From assembly GCF_009834535.1 (NCBI RefSeq), contig NC_045697.1, positions 1,738,001 to 1,802,000 on the forward strand: 64,000 nt of DNA, in the 5' to 3' direction. Below the pieces are notes generated by a model. The model was not told the DNA's origin. It worked only from the letters and a program-made list of their open reading frames with translations, and did no database searches. The stretch comes from Camelus ferus. Taxonomy: Eukaryota. The translations under genes and the position numbers were made by a program. Shown here in pieces: positions 60,301 through 64,000 of the stretch (positions within the stretch are counted from its first letter, which is position 1; every line of letters begins with the position of its first letter).

Positions 60301-61090
60301 TCCTTACCAGACAGCGCTCCACGGTCCTCAGAGTCACTGTCGCTATCGACAATGTCATTGTGCTTTTCGATGTCGGCCAGGGACTGGCCGTAGTGAGTTA
60401 GTTCTTCATCCTCATTTAGGTTGTAGATGCTTTTTTTTTCATGTTGTCGCTGACAGAACAGGAAAAAAAAAATCAGTGTCCTATCATTTCCATATCCATT
60501 TAACATAAAAAAAGTGATTTTTCCAATTTTGTGCAATGTGATAATGTTAAGGTTATTCTGGGCCATTTGAGCAAAGATTCTGATAGAAACAGAACCCACA
60601 GATGGTAAATAAATCAGCAGGCCTGTCTTGGGCACTGGGAAATCATGCAGCTCTGCCCACCAGGACTGCGCTGCGATCCACGACCAAGGTGGAGGCAGCA
60701 GCTGAGTCTGGAACTCCAGGGCACATCGCTGCCGTGAACCCTGCTTAAGAAATTTACCCACCCAGCTGGTATGTGCAGAAGGCGGCTTCCTCTCTGGCCC
60801 AGCCAGACTAGGTACAGGATTCAAGACCCACCCACTGAGCTTGGTGGGCAAGGGCCCAAGAGAGTATAGATGAACAAGGGGGAAACTGCCTTCTCCCCGT
60901 GCTTGACTTACGTGTAAAGCTACAGCAAAAGACCCTCGCCCAGTGTTTTCCATACCTGCTGTTCCAAAGCAAACCTCTTCAGCATCTTTTCCTCTGGGCT
61001 TATGTCGCTACTGTACTCGCCAAAGCGTTTATCTTTAAACACGTTGGACTTGTCCCTTTCTTTGTACTCCTTTAGTAAAGTCTGGGTGCG
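45236..61090 (-). CDS. NOP14: Nucleolar protein 14, 5'-partial multi-exon CDS (exons 2-18)
   Basis: Seventeen AG/GT-bounded exons with consistent phase, from RTQTLLKEYKERDKSNVF to LFNSLATQEGEWKALKRKKFKK*. Includes the motifs LTHYGQSL, HFGGG, FPTSDFRHPVVTPA and RFIPELVNFL. Confidence 0.97.
45548..45703 (-). CDS. NOP14: NOP14 exon 17
   Basis: tcag|LEFGRKQGSSKEEQERKRLIHKHKREFRGAVREIRRDNQFLARMQLSEITE|gtgaga. Confidence 0.95.
45836..45954 (-). CDS. NOP14: NOP14 exon 16
   Basis: tcag|ELGQSALTEMESHARLCRPLVCEKSKPVPLKLFTPRLVR|gtgagg. Confidence 0.95.
46577..46724 (-). CDS. NOP14: NOP14 exon 15
   Basis: gcag|LSCLAVCLALVERCVRVYGALPSFHDIVRPLRALLTEHLADSSRPRELQ|gtgagg. Confidence 0.94.
47170..47992 (+). 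mobile_element. L1 3' end (L1MB-like) with A-tail in a NOP14 intron
   Basis: gacttgaacagacattactccaaagaag...gacaaggatgtggagaaac...acatttaaaatggttaagatggtaaattttat...acaataaaaaaaa. Confidence 0.85.
48170..48482 (-). mobile_element. L1 fragment, antisense
   Basis: cagcagtgttttgcagtttcgctgtacaagtcttctacctccctggtt...ggggttttctacagaccagatcacgtcgtctgcaaacaga. Confidence 0.6.
48612..48771 (-). CDS. NOP14: NOP14 exon 14
   Basis: tcag|GYTLVHPFRALGRNSELLVVSDKEDMATWQRRRLSLHWAAGPKAQTKTEANHT|gtacgt. Confidence 0.94.
50256..50409 (-). CDS. NOP14: NOP14 exon 13
   Basis: acag|CPVLSLRDVLKGLFVCCVFLDYVSLSQRFIPELVNFLLGILYIATPKKQSQ|gtgagt. Confidence 0.95.
50780..50881 (-). CDS. NOP14: NOP14 exon 12
   Basis: ccag|LIYLKIVGMLFPTSDFRHPVVTPALLCMSQLLTK|gtacgt. 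Confidence 0.95.
51936..52071 (-). CDS. NOP14: NOP14 exon 11
   Basis: acag|HLYNLCQMFPDSASDSMKFVLRDAMHEMEATVESTGRAAFPGLDV|gtgaga. Confidence 0.95.
53041..53126 (-). CDS. NOP14: NOP14 exon 10
   Basis: gcag|KLFGFLLEYIGDLATEDPPGLGIIDKLVV|gtaagt. Confidence 0.94.
53654..53784 (-). CDS. NOP14: NOP14 exon 9
   Basis: acag|APESYEELKSLLSGKSVEEQLLVVERIQKCSHPSLAVGNKAKLE|gtacgc. Confidence 0.95.
54609..54879 (-). CDS. NOP14: NOP14 exon 8 (acidic linker)
   Basis: ccag|DGKMNVEEELGGEASASESAEEEEE...DGHSDLESD...ARTELPYTLA|gtgggc. Confidence 0.93.
55747..55878 (-). CDS. NOP14: NOP14 exon 7
   Basis: tcag|AERLRRMLGKDEDERTKNPKHVSADDLSDGFILDKDDRRVLSYK|gtgagg. Confidence 0.95.
56647..56769 (-). CDS. NOP14: NOP14 exon 6
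   Basis: ctag|PDAYDMMVRELGFEMKAQPSNRMKTKEELAEEAQARLRRLE|gtacgg. Confidence 0.95.
57540..57674 (-). CDS. NOP14: NOP14 exon 5
   Basis: ctag|RERQAQREDALELTEKLDQDWKEIQALLAHKTPKPEGRGGKEKPQ|gtgggg. Confidence 0.94.
58189..58331 (-). CDS. NOP14: NOP14 exon 4
   Basis: ccag|AELTAAHFGGGDGLLYKKTSQQQGEEGEKPKSRKELIEELIAKSKQEK|gtgcgt. Confidence 0.95.
59300..60215 (+). mobile_element. L2 fragment including its 3' end
   Basis: C/T-rich decayed L2-like tract ending cagtgcctggcacata...tttgctgaatcaatca. Confidence 0.5.
60308..60449 (-). CDS. NOP14: NOP14 exon 3
   Basis: tcag|RQHEKKSIYNLNEDEELTHYGQSLADIEKHNDIVDSDSDSEDRGALS|gtaagg. Confidence 0.95.
60956..61090 (-). CDS. NOP14: NOP14 exon 2
   Basis: tcag|RTQTLLKEYKERDKSNVFKDKRFGEYSSDISPEEKMLKRFALEQQ|gtatgg. 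Confidence 0.95.
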
Positions 61091-61623
61091 CTGAAAAACA
61101 GACCATAGAACAGTCTCTCAAGGGCCCAGGCAACTCTGAGCTCTGATGGCTTGGCAATCAGTCCCCGAAGGGGAGATGCTTCCAGCGACGGCTCTAATGA
61201 ATTGGAAGATGCCATTCTATATGTATGCCTCAGGACATGGAAATCGAACAGTCCCCAAAATGCTGATCTACTGGCTGGAAAGACTCATCTCAATTACAGA
61301 GGGGAAACAGCAAACAGCACTATGTCTGGAACCCAGGGGACTCTCTAGGGCATGCGTTAGTGTTTCCACACCTAACGCCAGAGGGTGAAGAGAAACAACG
61401 GCAACCAAAATAAAACAGAACCATTAATCACCCAGAGGTCATTCCATCAGGTACAGAAGCCCGAGGAGCTGAGGTTCTAGCTGAGAGGAAGGGACACATG
61501 GAACAAGGAGATGAAAGGAAGCTGTTTATGTCAGCAGGGACGTCACGCTCAGTCACAGACACAGAGACGCAGCCGCACTGCTTGCGGTCTCTGGTCATTA
61601 TGCACGTGCATCTATTTGTATAC

Positions 61624-61805
61624 ACAGTCAATATTTTTTATTTGCAGATGTGGAATCTGCAAATCTGTCTACTGCTAAAATTCGTCGGTGACCCCAAGCC
61701 AGCACGCGCAGCACTCTCCGTCACTCCAGACGTGTGCAGGTGCCTGGGAGGTGCAGGCAGGAGCGAGGGCACTGACTCTCACCAGCTCCACCCCTTCCCA
61801 GCACG
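61624..61805 (+). mobile_element. Tigger4/MER46-like DNA transposon fragment
   Basis: cagtcaat...tatttgcagat...tgcaaatctgtctactgctaaaatt...gaccccaa resembles the Tigger4 terminus. Confidence 0.5.
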
Positions 61806-61959
61806 GACTCTGGGAAGCAATTCGTGGACTCACCTGTGAAGGGGAGACAATGGTAGCTCCTCCTACCTCAGGCTGTTAAGGAGATCAGGAGGGTTAAGAG
61901 GAGAACACAGTTCAGGACAGAGCCGGGCACAGGGTGGCTACAGTGTGAGCACTGTGCAC

Positions 61960-62250
61960 TCGAGTCTCGGTTTGGGCCTCAGCTCCGTCACTTCCGACCG
62001 GAAGAAAGTTACAGAACTGCTCCCTGTCTCAGTTTCCTCATGTGCAAGATGGGGATAGTACTTGTCCCCTCGAAAGCCTGACTGTGAGGTTTAAATGTAA
62101 AATTCTTAACACAATGCCTGTCCCATTTTACGGGATCAATCTATTAACTACTGTTGTTTTACAAAGTACATTAGAAATGAGGAAACTGAGGCACAGTGTG
62201 ACGTGACGGTGCTGGGAGTGGCACCAGCAGTCTCAACACAAAGCCTAATC
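61960..62250. mobile_element. MIR fragments
   Basis: tctcagtttcctcatgtgcaagatggggatagta and aaatgaggaaactgaggcacag, the MIR core in both orientations. Confidence 0.6.
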
Positions 62251-62899
62251 TCACTGCACACGAAGGGCTGCCCCAAAGTGCTCCCACCGCTCCCTGCACA
62301 AAAGGGAAGGCCGCAGCCTACCCTGCCAGCCCGCATGCCCTACATGTGTCAACGCACCCTGTCTTCCCCCAACAGCTCTGGGCTCTCCAACCCCACACCC
62401 ACCAACTCCGTCCACCACGGGGCAACGTGCCTCCGTCCCCGTGTGAGAACACCCTGCTCACCCTTCCGCTCAAGTGTGACTCCCTCTGGGGAGACTTTTC
62501 CGAGGTTCCTATTACACCTTCTTCCGACTGAGCCCCCGGAGCACTCAGGGTCTACTGCTGATTCTTCCCAATACTTGAGTCTCTACTGTGGGCCAAGCAT
62601 TGGGGACTCAGAGGAAGCAGCAACACCTCCTTAAGGCCCTCTGCAGAGAGCAGGGAGGTGGGCCAGTCCGATACATGGGCAGGAGCAACCTGTCCTCTGA
62701 GCTGTGGGGTTTGGAAAAGTTATCAGAAGTGGTGACTTGAGCTGGCCCTTGAGCGATGTGTGTGGTAAGACAGGTCTTCCTGGACAAACTGAGTTGCATG
62801 AGGCAGAGCAAGGGACCAGACTGAGGGAGTCTAAGGACAAGCTGAGAAGTTTAAGACTAACAGCTAGTACTTAGAGAAAACTGACTTGTGTTTTAAATG

Positions 62900-62990
62900 G
62901 CTATTTTATTTAACTCTTACAACCACCACGAGAAGGAGAATGTGTATTACCGTCCTCACTTCAGGAACGAGAAAACTGAGGCTTCAGTGG
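62900..62990 (-). mobile_element. MIR fragment
   Basis: atttaactcttacaaccacc...tattaccgtcctcactt...gagaaaactgaggct. Confidence 0.55.
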
Positions 62991-63326
62991 TGAAGACAAA
63001 CATGTCTATTCCAGAGCCCCCGCCGTCCCCACTCCCCTCGCCTGCCTGGCGGCGTGCAGTCAGGGACACGTCAGAGTCAACTGCAAATCTGTCTTGTCTG
63101 CTACTACTGCCAGCTCCTTGCAATAAGGATGACATCTGATTCCATTCAAAGATCAGGTGAACTGTACGCTGTGTGACAGAATACAGATCACGCGCCCTTG
63201 AAGGCAGGGCCAAGTCTTAATTCACTCTACCTCTCCACTTCTAGAACTGAGCTTGAACATAAGTGTTCTGCAGAGCACAGTCTTCACAAATGTTCAAACC
63301 CAGTGCAAGCCCCAGCCCTTACCAGT

Positions 63327-63921
63327 TGTGCGCCCTTAGAAAATTTACTTGTCCTTTCTGTGCCTTAATTTTTTCACCAGAGGCAGAAAGCCCCATAAAA
63401 AGACCAGCAGGACCCCCAAGCAGGGCCACTACTCTCTTGCCAGCACCATCTGGTTCCTTGGCCCAGAGGTTCTATCTCACTTTTTGCCTCTAAAACGGCT
63501 TACTTACCCCTAAAATTCTATTGGTTCCCCGAGCTCACTTCTGATTGGTTACTTTCCTTCACTAATGATTGGTCAACTTCCCTAACTTCTGATTGGTCCA
63601 TTTGTAGTACTTCATTTGCATGGAACTCACTCCTGATTGGTTATTTCTCTCATTCCTGATTGGGCTATTTCTACAAAGCTTGTTCCTAGTTGGTCAACTT
63701 CGGTTATACTTTATTTGCATATGATGTTACAAAGTGTAAAACTGGCAACCTATAAAGGCCTGTGTAAACCTACAGACGGGGTCCAGAGCTTGGGAGTGTT
63801 AACTCCTCCGGTACAGCTGGCATAATAAACCTGAGTTCTCCAACTCTCCGAGTGCTGTTTGGTCTCTCGCCTGGATCCAGGTTGCTGGCACAACTGAGCT
63901 GTAACACATCTTTCCATAACA
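63327..63921 (+). mobile_element. Solo ERV LTR in NOP14 intron 1 (antisense to NOP14)
   Basis: Repeated (tg)attgg boxes 63518-63665, ATTTGCAT at 63614 and 63713, TATAAA at 63751, AATAAA at 63824, TG...CA ends. Boundaries are uncertain; the 3' end is either 63906 or 63921. Confidence 0.75.
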
Positions 63922-64000
63922 CAGCAACCTACTAATACCTCTTCAGAGTAACACTAAATTTTGTCAAACTAACTAATGAGCACATCTTAGAAGCTGCGTA

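Overview
Mammalian genomic DNA. The L1 3' end at 5.4-5.6 kb resembles cetartiodactyl (possibly camelid) L1, but the species is inferred, not established. The gene order matches human 4p16.3. ADD1 (alpha-adducin, + strand) runs from coding exon 3 to its 3'UTR (1435-~38090) and includes three alternatively spliced segments. MFSD10 (- strand) is complete, with 12 coding exons (42108-38882) and a CpG-island promoter. NOP14 (- strand) is present from exon 2 to exon 18 (61090-45236); exon 1 lies beyond the window. All exon phases were checked by hand. Main observations: (1) a 171-bp, 94%-identical inverted repeat that I do not recognise as a SINE brackets the first three MFSD10 coding exons, which could form a 402-nt stop-free circle; (2) +1 homopolymer frameshifts fall just before the ADD1 MARCKS-like tail and the MFSD10 C-terminus, and are probably assembly errors; (3) a ~360-bp L1 insertion consists of only the L1 5' and 3' ends with a target-site duplication; (4) a CCAAT/octamer-rich solo LTR sits antisense in NOP14 intron 1. 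Exon numbers follow recalled human gene structure (coding-exon order for MFSD10). Repeat family calls are by eye.
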